Positions 39,531-51,369 of a stretch of DNA of 64,000 nucleotides are shown here, in pieces. The number at the start of each line of letters is the position of its first letter. Within the stretch, counting starts at the first letter, position 1. The notes beneath the pieces were generated by a model. That model was not told the origin of the DNA. It made no database searches and saw nothing but the letters and a program-made list of their open reading frames with translations. Where the stretch lies: contig CATNEN010000038.1 of the NCBI GenBank assembly GCA_950097015.1, positions 33,046,001 to 33,110,000 on the forward strand. Direction: 5' to 3'. The translations under genes and the position numbers were made by a program. Source of the stretch: Macrostomum hystrix. Lineage: Eukaryota > Animalia > Platyhelminthes.

Positions 39531-41209
39531 GTTGTGATTGACAATGCTTGCGCAATGAACTGACAATTAACTATTGACCTTATTGAATGCGTGGGCGTAT
39601 ACTGCACTCAGACTAGAATGAGTAGGTGATTGCGTATCGATTTGTCAAGGCAAAGTGCAAATAGGATTTTGATCTCTATAATTATACTGTGAGCGAGAAT
39701 TGTCTCTGAGCTTGAAACTTCAATCAACGAAACTCTTGTGCTAATTAGAACACAACAAACGGCGACGAGACTTCCATATCCAGCGGAGTTTCAACCCGTA
39801 CCAGGAGACCCTCTTGTGCCATGGGCAAGGTGGATTCAGGGACTACTAAAACACTCGGGACGCGAAACGAGCCAAATCATGGTGAAAAAAGTTAGGGGCT
39901 CGTTTGAAAGCAGTGTTCTATGGCCATTCCAACTGCAACTCTTAAGTCTCAAGAAGTGTGAGGGCAAAGAACAAGCCCCCACATTCTTGTGCGAATGTGA
40001 AAAATGCCGAGAAAGTGCAGCGTCTTTAACTGCAGATCAAACTATAACTCATAAGAAAGCCGAACAAAGATATTTGCCTTTCCTCGAGATGCACAAGAAC
40101 GGGAGCGTTGGAGACAGACCCTACCAAATATTTTGGAGGTAAGAAACATGTTAATATTAAGCGATAATATGCGTCGGTGCAAATGGAGTGCAAACTAATT
40201 ATTAAAAATGACGACTATGATAAAATTTACAATTCTAGAAAGTGACTGAACACATGGGCACCTGCCAAAAGCACTGGCCAAGCGACACCCCCATGTTGAA
40301 GAATGATCGACATGAAAGACCGAAAGATCCGCCTTCTGTCTTCTCTAACTTTCCCACTTCGTGCTTCATACAGACACAAGGTACGCATAGCTAAAGGCAG
40401 ATTGCAACAGAAAATTTATTGTTTGATTGCGTGCTCATCATGATTGACTACCGTTCAAAAACTCTAAATTTCAGGCAGTGATCGACAAGTAGACATTCGA
40501 GGTGTGGCATCTGGAACTAGGAACGTGGATGCAGATGAACTGGAAGCATTTCGACAGCTGGATGTCTTGCCCAAATGGGAAACGTTCCAAGTGGTTGTCA
40601 AGGGCGCGGAAGTTGTGACTCAGCATGCGTTGATCGCCACCATCCTTGGCGAAGAAGTCTACCTGTTTTCGTTAGATGCGGATGGAGAACTTTCTGTTCG
40701 AGTTTTTATTGCCCCAAACTTCTCCGTTCGCGCATTCATTATGCACACGCCTGTTCTGATTCGAGACTTGCTGGGATTTCAACCGACACTAAAGTTTTGG
40801 TCCCAAATTGGATGCTGTCATTGTGCTTTGCAAGAATTCCGACTCTAAAGTTCAACACGAGGTAACAGCATTTGTAAAGAAAATGCAGAGTCGCAAATAC
40901 CGAGCTTCAATCCCGGATTGATCCATCGATCTAACGGATGGATGGCGCGCTGTACATATTCTCAATTTATATTGTGATTGGAGAGAGGGTCGCTGTGGGC
41001 GTCATTATATTCAGAACTCCAACTAGTGAAACCAACCAACTAGTGAAAAATAAAGTTTCCTAGTGGTGACTTTCTTAAATCTCATGTAACTAGACATAAC
41101 GGAGTAGTAATACATTCAATACTGCGTTTGTTAGGAAGAACGTAATTATGATTGTCCATGTCATCACTACATGGCATCCATTATGTAGATATTTATATAT
41201 GTAAACACT

Positions 41210-41805
41210 TGTTGTGGGCCAATTTAAATTCGCGCTAAGAATATACTGTATGTATGCTAGTAATATTTGACTTATTTTCTATTTTGTTTGAATGGCATAA
41301 ATACACTCAGAATACACTCAGTATAGTTGAAAGATTACTATAAATACAGCCCGGTTTCAGTTAGGAAATTAACCGTTTCACAACTTATTAAAAAGAAACA
41401 GTTCAAATCTCCTCGTGAGCGATCTTACACAAGCCTTACTTATTTCTGAAGTAAGTGGAAACTGCGAACATTCCGATCCGGGGAAAGCCCGAGTACCGAC
41501 TGGCCAAGGAGCCTGAACTATCTGACCCAGTGTCTGAATTACCTGTGAGCATTGTCTCCAGACTTGACTAGATCCAAGATCTAGAATATTACTGGCAGGA
41601 GGCCAGAGATATCGTGTTAAAACCACGCTACCCAAACTATCATTAGTTTTTATCAGCCCACCTAGAAAGGGTGCGGAGTAATAGGTCACTGTGGGTGACC
41701 GAAAGTAATAAATAAGGACGGTTGATTAGGCAGTTTCAGTATGAATTATGAAGAGGAGAGTTTGAATTATAAAGAGAGTACAAAAGGAGAAGACGCACTA
41801 CGACA
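41210..41805 (+). mobile_element. Probable 5' LTR of a Gypsy-type element
   Basis: TG...CA with imperfect terminal IR (TGTTGTGG / CTACGACA), internal TATAAATA (~41339) and AATAAA (~41706), ending 3 nt before the PBS. The 5' boundary is inferred because no second LTR is present. Confidence 0.55.
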
Positions 41806-41808
41806 ACT

Positions 41809-41820
41809 TGGTGGCAGCGG
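41809..41820 (+). promoter_or_regulatory. Primer-binding site complementary to the 3' end of tRNA-Leu
   Basis: TGGTGGCAGCGG directly after ...GACA-ACT. Confidence 0.8.
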
Positions 41821-41893
41821 AAAGGGATCGGAAAAGCAGCGGAAACTTACTTAGAAATAAGCTATTTATAATTAATATAGTCAAACAATCAGA

Positions 41894-42917
41894 ATGAATG
41901 CCAATGATGCAATCGCCATGCTGGCAGAAGAACTAAGAAATCGGTTAGAGCTAGGACCGATGAGACATATTAAAATCCAAAATACGAACTCGTACAAGCC
42001 AAATCAGGAAATCAGAATTTGGCTGACAGCCTTTGACAAGCGCTGCGAAGCTGAAGGAAATAGAGGAGGCACACAGGAAGCGCGAGCTTCTAGCCAACCT
42101 CGATCTCTCAACTGCGTTTGCCGCAGTGCAGCGTATGAACTTGCCGGACAATCTAGACTATGAAGAATTTAAAGAAAGACTAGTGGAACGCTTCGGAAGA
42201 ACAGGAAGCTCTGCCGAATTTAGGGAAGAATTTAGAAGTCGTAGTCAAGGACGCAACGAACCAGTAGAAAATTTCTCCGACGCTCTTATTGAATTAGCTG
42301 CTAGAGCATTTCCGAACATGACCGCAGAACAAAGAGAAGAAGAAATAATAGAGCAGTTCATCAAAGGAGTGAAAGTTCCGGCTGAGACCAGAGAAAAGCT
42401 TATTTTTGCTGCGCCAGCTACTCTGCAAGATGCACGAAGAATGCTGAGACGCATGGAAACCGCATGGAATATGTCCCACAAAGGCGTTAGCATGAAGATG
42501 GCCAAGACTGATGAAGCAGAACAAAGGAAACAGAGCAGGATTGAAGAAATACTGCTGAAGCAACAAGAAGAATTAGAACAACAAAAGAGAACCATGCAAG
42601 AACTAATGCTCAGTGTCCAGATGGCCACTCAGAACTTGCAGCAGCAGAATTATCAGCAATTTAAGAACTATCAGTAGCAGAACTACCAGTCGAAACAACA
42701 ACAGGACTATCAACGGCAAAACTATCAGCACAGACCGCAGCAGCAGCAGCAGCAGAACTATCGGCCAAGACAACAGTCAAACATTCAAGCGCAGCAGCAG
42801 CAGCAGCAGCAGGATCGCCCGCCGCGAATCTGTTTCAGCTGTGGCAAGAGCGGGCATGTTGCCAAATTCTGTCGAAGTTCTGGATCAGCCACTTTCAATC
42901 AGCAGCAGGGAAACTGA
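41894..42917 (+). pseudogene. gag: Gypsy-type gag (one frameshift ~42057, one in-frame TAG 42675-42677)
   Basis: Capsid-like motif YEEFKERLVERFG...FRSRSQGRNEPVENFSDALIELAARAFP...EQFIKG; CCHC knuckle CFSCGKSGHVAKFC at 42831-42872; ends CAG GGA AAC TGA. Confidence 0.85.
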
Positions 42918-42951
42918 AGAGCGAGGATCGAGTGAAGAGGCCCCGATCCTC
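42908..42951 (+). promoter_or_regulatory. -1 programmed ribosomal frameshift signal
   Basis: Slippery heptamer G GGA AAC (42908-42914), 8-nt spacer, perfect 8-bp stem GAGGATCG (42923-42930)/CGATCCTC (42944-42951); the -1 frame is open into ORF 42932. Confidence 0.8.
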
Positions 42952-45306
42952 TAGAGTAACTATTAGCGAAATTTTGGCCTCAGAGAATTTACAGAATGTG
43001 TTTAGCTCAGCATTGAAATGTGAAAGATTATTCAGAGATAGTAGTTGTGAAGAAGAAAAAGAAAAGGACCCAGAAAAGTCTGAATTTGAATCTGAAAAGA
43101 ATCCAAAGTTGAAGAATTTGAAGAATTTGAAATCGAGTCTGATGCAGAAGAGTTTGAAGGAGAAGTGGAAGAATCCGAAATTGAGCCTGATGAAGAATTA
43201 GAAGAATCCGAAGTTGAGGCTGATAAAGAGAGTAATGAGTCTGAAGTTGAGCTTGATGAAGAGTACAAAGAATTTAAACATGAGCCTGAGGTAGAGGAGG
43301 AAGGAGCGGAAATTAACTTATCAACAATCGAGTCTATTGAACAAGGTGCTGAATCTGAACATGAAGAAGTCTATGAGAAAATTTCCAAGGAAGAGGAAGA
43401 AGTAGTTGAAACAGGAAGCGAAAAGTTGGAGATGTCATCGGATCATTATGTGTCTCGAGGTAATCCCGGAGACTGGCGTCTTATCGAAGATAAAGTTGGA
43501 GATTTGAGCGATAAAAATAGCCTAATTGAGAGTGGCTACGCTGATACAGAGATCTTTGAGGACGCAGTAGAGGACATTATCGAAGACACCTATGATGGTG
43601 ACAGTGAAGATGAAGGATTGTATGAAGATGCGAGAGACTACTTCAGTGATGATGAAGAAGAAATTCCCTGTCGGAAACTGCTCACTGACTTTCTTCACAT
43701 GCCGGTAACAAAAGAGCGACTGATTGCCGCGCAGGAAGATAATGCAGCTATTAGTAATTTAATCCAGTGGAAGCGAGATGGAGCGAAGCAGCTGCCCGAA
43801 AACATTTCCAAGGACCTAAAAAGATACGAGAAGTACTACGAGAAGATGCGGATTGAAGATCAGCTATTGGTCATAGATGACGGCGAAAACCGGAGGATTG
43901 TTCTTCCCGAAGAGCTTGATGCTGCCGTCTTGACAGATTTGCATGATAGCCCGCTAACTGGCCACCTGGGCCGAGACAAGACTCTGCAGAGAATAACACG
44001 CAGATTTTGGAGACCTGGATTAAGCAGCGCTATTGAAAGATATGTGTTAGAATGCATTCCGTGTCTAGAGAGCAAAACAGGCAAGAAGGCTCAGGCGCCA
44101 ATTCAGACATTTCCTATCTGTGAGCCTTTTCATAGGCTGCATATTGACATCATTGGTCCGATCTCTAAAGAAAACAAGCGGGGACATCAGTATGTGCTCA
44201 CTGTGGTTGATAGCACAACAAAATATCCCTTTGCGTTTCCTATGCGGAACCAGAAGTCAAACACTGTTATCAAATTACTACAAGAGAGAATTTTCTGTGA
44301 GTACGGACAGTGCAGTTGGATCCATACTGATAACGGAAGAACTTTCACTAGCCATCAGTTTCAAGCTTTTTGCGCACTGTACAATATTAAACATACGTTT
44401 ACAACGCCATATCATGCGCAGAGTAATGGCCTAGTGGAGAGATTCAATAGACAATTGAAATCTATAATCACCTGCTTGGTTGACAAAGATCATGCAGACT
44501 GGGACTTGCTGATCCCTGCAGCGCTGGTAGCAGTGCGTACCAGTATAAATCAGACCACCGGGTTCACACCCCATTACTTAATGTTTGGGAGAGAAGCCGA
44601 TTTGCCGATTGATCTGATTGCAAAAAAGCCAAAATCTTATAAAGACTATCCTAGCTATGTAATGGAGCATGCAGAGAGACTAACTCAGGCCAATAAGGTA
44701 GTGCAGCAGCAATTGAATAAAGTCAAGGAGAGTAGAAAGAAATCTGAGAAGGAACGGAAGCCGCCTAAAGAAATTGCTGTGGGGAGCTTAGTGCTGATTA
44801 ATAACCCACAAATTCAGCCAGGCGAGAGTCATAAGTTCCATAGAAAGAAGAGAGCTGCTTATCGCGTATTGAGTCAGATATCCGACACCGTTTTTCGAAT
44901 TTAGAAGGAAACCGATGGAGTGTTAGAAGGACCGAAAATGATAGCGCATAGAAATAATGTCACTGCTGTTCCAAATTCAATGAGAATTATTGAAGAAGTT
45001 GTGAAGAAAAATGGCGCTCCCAAAGCGAGGGCCAAGCTCGCAGAGCAAGGCATTAAGAGGAGGCAGCCAGAGCGCAAGAAACCGCCAGACAAATCGCCGG
45101 ACACGTCAGACAGTGAGCTAAGCTCCGAAGAAAGGATTAGATGGTCCGCCCGTGACAGGGAGAGTTTTGACCTGCACGAGGAAAGTGACCCGCTGAATAA
45201 CAATACTGAAGAAAGCTCAGAGGAAGACGAGGGAATAATTCCCGAAGACTTTACAGCTCAAGCTGCTTATAATCTCAGGCCCTCGCCTCGCGCAGACCTG
45301 TGGTGA
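42914..45306 (+). pseudogene. pol: Pol-position ORF: acidic linker plus Gypsy integrase, with no PR/RT/RNase H (frameshift ~43095, in-frame TAG 44902-44904)
   Basis: HHCC zinc domain LHDSPLTGHLGRDKT...C..C; DDE core HIDIIGP...VD..TKY...HTDNGRTF...YHAQSNGLVERFNRQL; TGFTPHYLMFGRE; C-terminal YNLRP motif. Confidence 0.9.
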
Positions 45307-45660
45307 TCTTGTGCCAAGGTCTAAGCGTGCCTACTTTAAAGAACAATAGGCGAAAAAGTCCCCCACCCCAGGCCAGTGAGCCATGCAATGGGTGGCGATT
45401 ATATCAGGGACATATTCTCCGCGTATAAAATTGTATTGTTGCGTAATCCAGTGATAAGACTGCGATGACATTGTAAAAACAAATACGCTCCGTGTATTGT
45501 TTGATATAGTTGTATACACAATCGTATCCTTAGTATAAACAAAATCTCGGCATCCTATTGGTCAGGCCTTCTCCCATTTTGCAACTATATAAAGAGCCAT
45601 CCCGGAGCAAGGGTTGCGCCAGTCAGTGCTCTATTGAGACATAAGACCAAAACCGCCATA

Positions 45661-46575
45661 ATGGCTGATAATACATCACTAAGTGAGATTTTACAGGAAC
45701 TTATTAGCTGCAATGAGGTTCAGACCGATTTCACTGAAGTGATCGTAGAAACCCTGCCAGTAGGCAGCGAGACAGAGCCGCCATCCGGCGAAGGCATTGC
45801 GACCAATGCTGACATTGCGCCGTGCGAAGAATTGGCAGCTCCGCTGCGTCAGGCTACACGGCCGAAGCCACCAGCTGGCAGGAGCATAGCCGTTAAGCGG
45901 ATGAGAGAGTCCAGCCCCAGGCTTGAACCCGAAGACCGGCCTCAGGGCACTCAACCAGATCGATCTCAGGCCAGATCATCGCAAAGTTGGTCCTCTAAGC
46001 TACCGGTACCAATAGCCGAGGTCCGAAGGCCGACGGTGTTGTTACAGCGATCGCCGCCTGCGCCTAGATCATCACAGCAGGCAAGATCGGTACAGCAGCC
46101 GAGGCCGCAATCAGCAGTGTACCGATTAGGATCGCGGCAGCCACTGGCTCCACGGCCGCAACGCGCGTCAACACCAGAGGATAGCCGGCCTCTACGTCCT
46201 GTTACTGGACATCCGCGGGCTAACCGGCAGGCTGTGTCAAGAATCCCTCCACCGACAGCCGGAACACGGGAGGAACGAGTGGCGAAGGCACAGCATAGAC
46301 TGACGCAGTACTTGCTCAAGATAGTATTTCTTCGCCACGACCAGCCACTGCCGCAGCGGGCCCATGTCTGGCCCTCGATTCGGTCGCTGCGCAGCGCGAC
46401 TGATGTGACCGGAGCCATCGCAGCTATGGAGACTGTCGCGGCTAGGCTACGGCGAGCACTGAGCACCGGTGAGAGGCAAGCGTTCAAGACCTTACTGAAT
46501 ATAGAAATCCGTTGGAGCCTGATTCAGCTTGGCTGGGTTCATTATGAGGAGCCACCGCCTCAATTTGAATTCTAA
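45661..46575 (+). CDS. Unknown 304-aa protein downstream of integrase (probable accessory ORF of the LTR element)
   Basis: Uninterrupted ORF from ATG 45661 preceded by ATTGG (~45557) and TATATAAAG (~45586); acidic N-terminus, R/P/S/Q-rich middle, helical-looking C-terminus; no family recognised. Confidence 0.55.
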   Translation: MADNTSLSEILQELISCNEVQTDFTEVIVETLPVGSETEPPSGEGIATNADIAPCEELAAPLRQATRPKPPAGRSIAVKRMRESSPRLEPEDRPQGTQPDRSQARSSQSWSSKLPVPIAEVRRPTVLLQRSPPAPRSSQQARSVQQPRPQSAVYRLGSRQPLAPRPQRASTPEDSRPLRPVTGHPRANRQAVSRIPPPTAGTREERVAKAQHRLTQYLLKIVFLRHDQPLPQRAHVWPSIRSLRSATDVTGAIAAMETVAARLRRALSTGERQAFKTLLNIEIRWSLIQLGWVHYEEPPPQFEF

Positions 46576-48493
46576 AAAAAGGACTGATATAATGCTTATG
46601 CGATTAGGGCCGTACTTTATAATCGAATGATTTTATTTTCTGCCAAACGCCTACTTTTATGCGCAATGTTTATCAATTTGTTCTATGTACTTTGTGTGTG
46701 TCTTTTGTTTATTTCTGTAACCTCTTATTTGTTTATGCAGCCACTACATCTTTTTGACAATTAACTCTTGCGAGAATATTATATCTTTCTTCTTCTTATA
46801 TTATACATACTAAAAATGAAAACTATCTATATATATGTATGCGCGATCGATTTTTAAACGGCTCAACCGATTTTTACTATTTCTTCACTAAAAGACGCCA
46901 AATATGGGGACAATTATACACGTATTTTTATTAAGCTTAAATTTATTGCTAAAGGGATTAAATATTCGAAAACCTGTTTTAGATAGGATTTTAATGCATA
47001 AAAAATTAGAGCCCGTTTTGGCAACGTGCATAGTGCATACCACTGCCAATTTTAATGATTGCATCAGGACCAGTTTCGTTAAAAGTGAGTACACTGGTAA
47101 GAATTTCACTGTGTCAAATGTACATAGCTGTGTCAACCCCACTGGCGAGACAGTCGAAATAGATAAACAGATTGCGTCACAGCTTTTCTCACCCTTGTGT
47201 GTTTGATTTTAGTAGCGAGACATCTACTTGTGTGTTTTTTGGACGAGTTTATTAAAGGTCAAACCTGCTTGGCTGCTCTGGCTTGCTAAAATTTGGCATT
47301 TCATTAGATTGTATTAGTGCCCAATGCATTCTCTCTTACCCTTGTGCTATAGGCTAAAATGAATGCAAGCCAATCAATGTGCATATGCGTCTGTACCTTT
47401 TCTGGCCTGCCCGGGCCTGTTTGGCTGACTATAACAATTGAATTGAGGCGTGTGTACCTGCCTACCCCCTTTGAACCAGCCTTGAACCTTTCCTGCCTGC
47501 CAATTGAATTGATGTCTAGGCGGTGTACACCTGCATGCATGACTGAATTATAGTCCACGCTAAGAACGGTATTCTCTCAAACCCCAAAGCCCAAAGCTGT
47601 TATACCAGCTACAGTCTGAATTGGGCTGATTTGTTAACAATTCGCTTTCCTATAAATTCTAGCATCTTCTCACCTGTTGATCCGCCCCCTTTCTTGCAAG
47701 CTCAAATCTGATTATTCTGAGTCATCAAATATCTGATACATCATCCTAGCATCCTTATTATCATTATATTATATCATTTCTATCTTCATTAAAATCTATC
47801 TTTATCTTTCTGGAAGTGATGGGTCGACGTGGCGCCAGCCATTTAAAAAAGAGTCGCGAGGCTAAGAAAAAGCGACGAGAAGAGTCAGGTGCTGAACGAG
47901 AGGCGCGTCTAGCAGCACAACGGCAGCGCGAAGCCGAGCGCCGAGCCTCTGAGGCGGACGTGGACAGAGCTGCGCGGCTTGAGGATTTGCGGCAGCGAGA
48001 GGCCGAGCGCCGGGCCTCCGAGACGGACGCCGACAGGGCTGCGCGGCTTGAGGATTTGCGGCAGCGAGACGCCGAGCGCCGGGCCTCCGAGACGGACGCC
48101 GACAGGGCTGCTCGGCTAGAAGGCATGCGGCAGCGAGACGCCGACCGCAGGGCTTCTGAAACCGACTTGGAGCGCCAAGCTCGTCTGGATGCCGAGCTGT
48201 TACGTCGACGTCGCTTGTCATTTTCGACGTGAGTTTAATTCGTTATTACATATATACTAGCTTTTTTTGCCCGTTGTTTTTGGGGCAGAAATTTAAAGCA
48301 AAGCAGTAAGCAATTCACGTCTCTGTATTAACTTTATAGTGAAGGTCACCATTTATTTATTTACTGCATTAATGAAAAGTGAAGAGCTTGTTTAAGGGCG
48401 TTTTAAGTAAAAAATAAGTGAAAAGTTTGTCCAAACAGCCCCCTCTTGATTACTTCTTTAGAAACATGTCTCTTAGCCACTCCTCTATACAGT

Positions 48494-48766
48494 CAGTGGC
48501 AGATCCAGGAATTTTGTTTTGGGGCGGTCTGTCAGGGGAGCGCCATGAGAATCACAGAGGGGGTGCCAGCGGCCGAAAAAGGGCGCCAGGAGCCAAGAAA
48601 GGGCGCCAGCGGCTGAAAAACGGGAGCCAGCGGCTGAAAAAGGGGCGCCAGCGGCCGAAAAGGGGCGCCAGTGCTGCGACTGGCGCCCCTGGTGGGGGCA
48701 TCTTATTCCCATGATTAAAATTTAGGGGGGCGACTGCCCCCCCGCCCCCCCCTAAATCTGCCTCTG
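48494..48766. mobile_element. hAT-type MITE
   Basis: Imperfect TIRs CAGTGGCAGATCCAGG / CCTAAATCTGCCTCTG; exact 8-bp TSD TATACAGT (48486-48493, 48767-48774). Confidence 0.9.
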
Positions 48767-48774
48767 TATACAGT

Positions 48775-49255
48775 ATGCATGTACATGTCCACTGCGAACT
48801 GAAGCAACAGCTTTCGGCACCTAAGAATGTAGTTGAAGCTTCCTTCTCGGACCATTAGCCTAAAGGCATAGAAGTCCATTGCTGACACATTCTTTGTCGC
48901 CGATGGGTTTCCAGTGCGAATGTCAATTTGCCTGATGTTGATGTGGTACCCATCCTCTCCGTCCCAGAAAATAAGCGGATACTGCAATGTATCATAGGCT
49001 TTGTGCAGCTCAGAAATCCTTTGCAACTGATTGCTTCGCAGCTGCAGAACAATGTCTCGCTTCTCAAATTCCTGCCCAACAATTTGAATTGCGACATCGT
49101 TAACAACTGGTGCGTTATATCTCCTCTCATGCTGGCCTGCAGGCCGTTTATCAGCACGAATGACTACTCTGTGCTCCTCTGTGTCCCGTGGCAACCTCTC
49201 CATGGCAGTTTTAAATTGACGAACCTAATTATTTTTCTCGTGCAGGACTTCCTGT
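48775..49255 (-). pseudogene. Helitron Rep (helitron_like_N region) fragment
   Basis: RPAGQHERRYNAP..DVA...RDIVL...LQRISELHKAYDTLQYPLIFWDGEDGY...MDFYAFRLMVR...LLLQFAVDMY. Confidence 0.9.
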
Positions 49256-51369
49256 AACTCAAATACAATCAACCGCACTCACCGCACTCAGTCTCAGTGC
49301 TGCTTGGGGGCCAGTAGACAGTCTAGGGGTTTGGGCTGTGTAGATTCATGGCTTGAAATACAATGTACAGTCTGGGGCTTCGGCGCCCGGGGAAGGGAGG
49401 GGGTGGCTGTAATAAAATTTGGCCCGCAGAGTGGCGGAGGGGAGTTGGGGTGGCTGTCCTCGGAAAACAAAAAGTGACTCACTTTGAGATGATGCAGCTT
49501 TGCTCTGGATTGAGTAGAGATGTTCAAAATGGACAGCATTGTTGGAAAACATGTAAAGTGTAAGTGGATCAAATTTGGAGAAAATCTGACAAAGTGGGGC
49601 GACGATATGTCGAATTGAGTGATTTTTTGACGATTTTTGAGCAGTTTTTTGCACTTTTGAGCAGGAAGGAAATGATTTTTCGGGAATTTGAGTAGCCTAT
49701 TGCACTCAGCGTAGGTGGTTTTAGGTATGTGCAAAGTTTAGTGCGATTTGGTTGAGCGGTTTCGGCGTCTATAAAGACAAAAGGTTGCACACACACACAC
49801 ACACAGACAGAGTTTTCACTTTTATAGATATAGATAGATTGGAATCAAATTACTGGAATCAAAGAAGTCCTGCTGGAATCAAAGAATCAAAGAACTTAAA
49901 TAATTTCTGCTGGGATCAATGAACTGCTGCTGGGATCAATTAATTAATGCTGGCAGCAAATGCATTAATGCTGGGATCAAGGAATTAATGCCTGGATCAC
50001 TGAATTAATGCTAGAATTAATGTCTATATTAACTGATTACCTCTGGTATCAACTTATTACCGCTGGGATAAATTAATAACCGCTGGGATTGACTATTTAC
50101 CACTGGGATCCCGCATTTACCGCTGTGATCGATGTTTTACCACTGGGATCAATTAATTACGGCTAGGATTAATGAATGAATGAATCACTCATAATTGCTG
50201 CTGGGATCGAAGTATTTTAACTGGAATTTTATGTCTTTTTTCTTCACTGCATTTTCACTCATTTCTAGGTATGAAAACGCAGAGCAAGCTTTGGTTCCGC
50301 TAAATGCCTTTCAAATAATTCGCATAATCGGTGATGGAAACTGTTTTTTCCATGCCGTTTGTGATCAGTTGCGAGGCAACCCGCTAGAAACGGATGCAGC
50401 TTCACTGCGGCGCACTTTGTCAAGCCGTGCAACTGAACTGATGCCAGAATTAGTGGCTGAAGGCTTTGTACTGCCGGAAGATGCAGACGCCATTGTCAAT
50501 GCATCTTTTACTGAGGGAACTTATGTGCCAAATGAAATTGTACCTCTCCTAAGTCGCTGCTTTCAAGTGGACCTGGTTGTTTACCAAGGTAATGGCAATG
50601 TATTGTCAACTGGGGAATCATTGTCGACTGGGGGATCATTGTCAACTGGGGGATCATTGTCAACTGGGGGATCGTTGTCAACTGGGGGATCATTGTAGCT
50701 TTAAAAGGCTGTAAATTCAGCTGCTAAAAAGTATATACTAGACGAATTAAAAGTATTTTTGCTCCCCGAAGGGGGGAAAAACTTGCTAGTCTTATATACT
50801 AAAAATGAAATGGTTGCTTGGTTGCTTGTAATTGATTTTCTCCCGAACGGCTCAACCGATTTTCACCATTTCTTCACCAAAATATGCCAAATATGGGCAG
50901 AATTTTACACGTATTTTTAATAAGCTTAACTTCATTGTTAAGGGGATTAAATATTCGAAAAACTGTTTTAGATAGGATTTTTAATGCATTACATCAGAGC
51001 CAGTTTTGTCAATGTGCGTTCCGCTGCCAATTTTAATGATTGCATCAGGGCCAGTTTTGTTAATAGTGAGTACACTGATAAGAATTTCACTGTGTCAAAT
51101 GTACATAGCTATGTCAACCCCACTGGCGAGACAGTCAGTGCGAATTTATAAATAGATTACATCACAGCTTTTCTCACCCGTGTGTGTGATTTGAATAGGT
51201 AAAATGTGCATAGCCCTGCAGACTTCAATTCAACGATATATTGAGACATCTACTCCTTTCTTACTACAACATATAAATAATCAAATCTTTAACAAAATGT
51301 CAATCGAGAAAAGTGTCCAACAGTTTTTTAAATGTCCAACAGGTTTTTTAATGTCCTACAGTTTTCTAC

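Larger units (their letters stand above)
48257..49838 (-). mobile_element. Second-family non-autonomous Helitron C inserted in reverse into intron 1 of Helitron A
   Basis: Minus-strand 5' A|TCTATCTATATCTATAAAAGTGAAA at 49838; 3' GCCC..GGGC hairpin + CTAG|T at 48257; A^T target; carries a Rep fragment. Confidence 0.85.
47819..50698 (+). pseudogene. Truncated Helitron gene: R/E-rich repeat exon (47819-48228) plus N-half of an OTU protease exon (50269-~50605)
   Basis: Phase-2 GT..AG intron identical in position to Helitron B intron 1; IIGDGNCFFHAVCDQL; catalytic His region lost and replaced by an 18-bp repeat. Confidence 0.8.
46784..50789 (+). mobile_element. Non-autonomous Helitron A (5' end approximate)
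   Basis: 5' A|TC...TACTAAAAATGAAA shared with 50790; 46855-47195 similar to 50827-51190; 3' hairpin CCCCGAAGGGG (50764-50774) followed by CTAG (50786-50789). Confidence 0.85.

Noticed and set aside
43165-45306. Gmr1-like or Ginger/Maverick integrase element
   Set aside because: No RT follows the integrase (against Gmr1); PBS, gag and frameshift signal indicate LTR-retroelement origin rather than a TIR DNA transposon
50603-50698. LSTGG repeats after the OTU domain as ubiquitin-like diglycine cleavage sites
   Set aside because: They come from an 18-bp tandem repeat at a truncation point, and this OTU copy lacks its catalytic His; most likely coincidental
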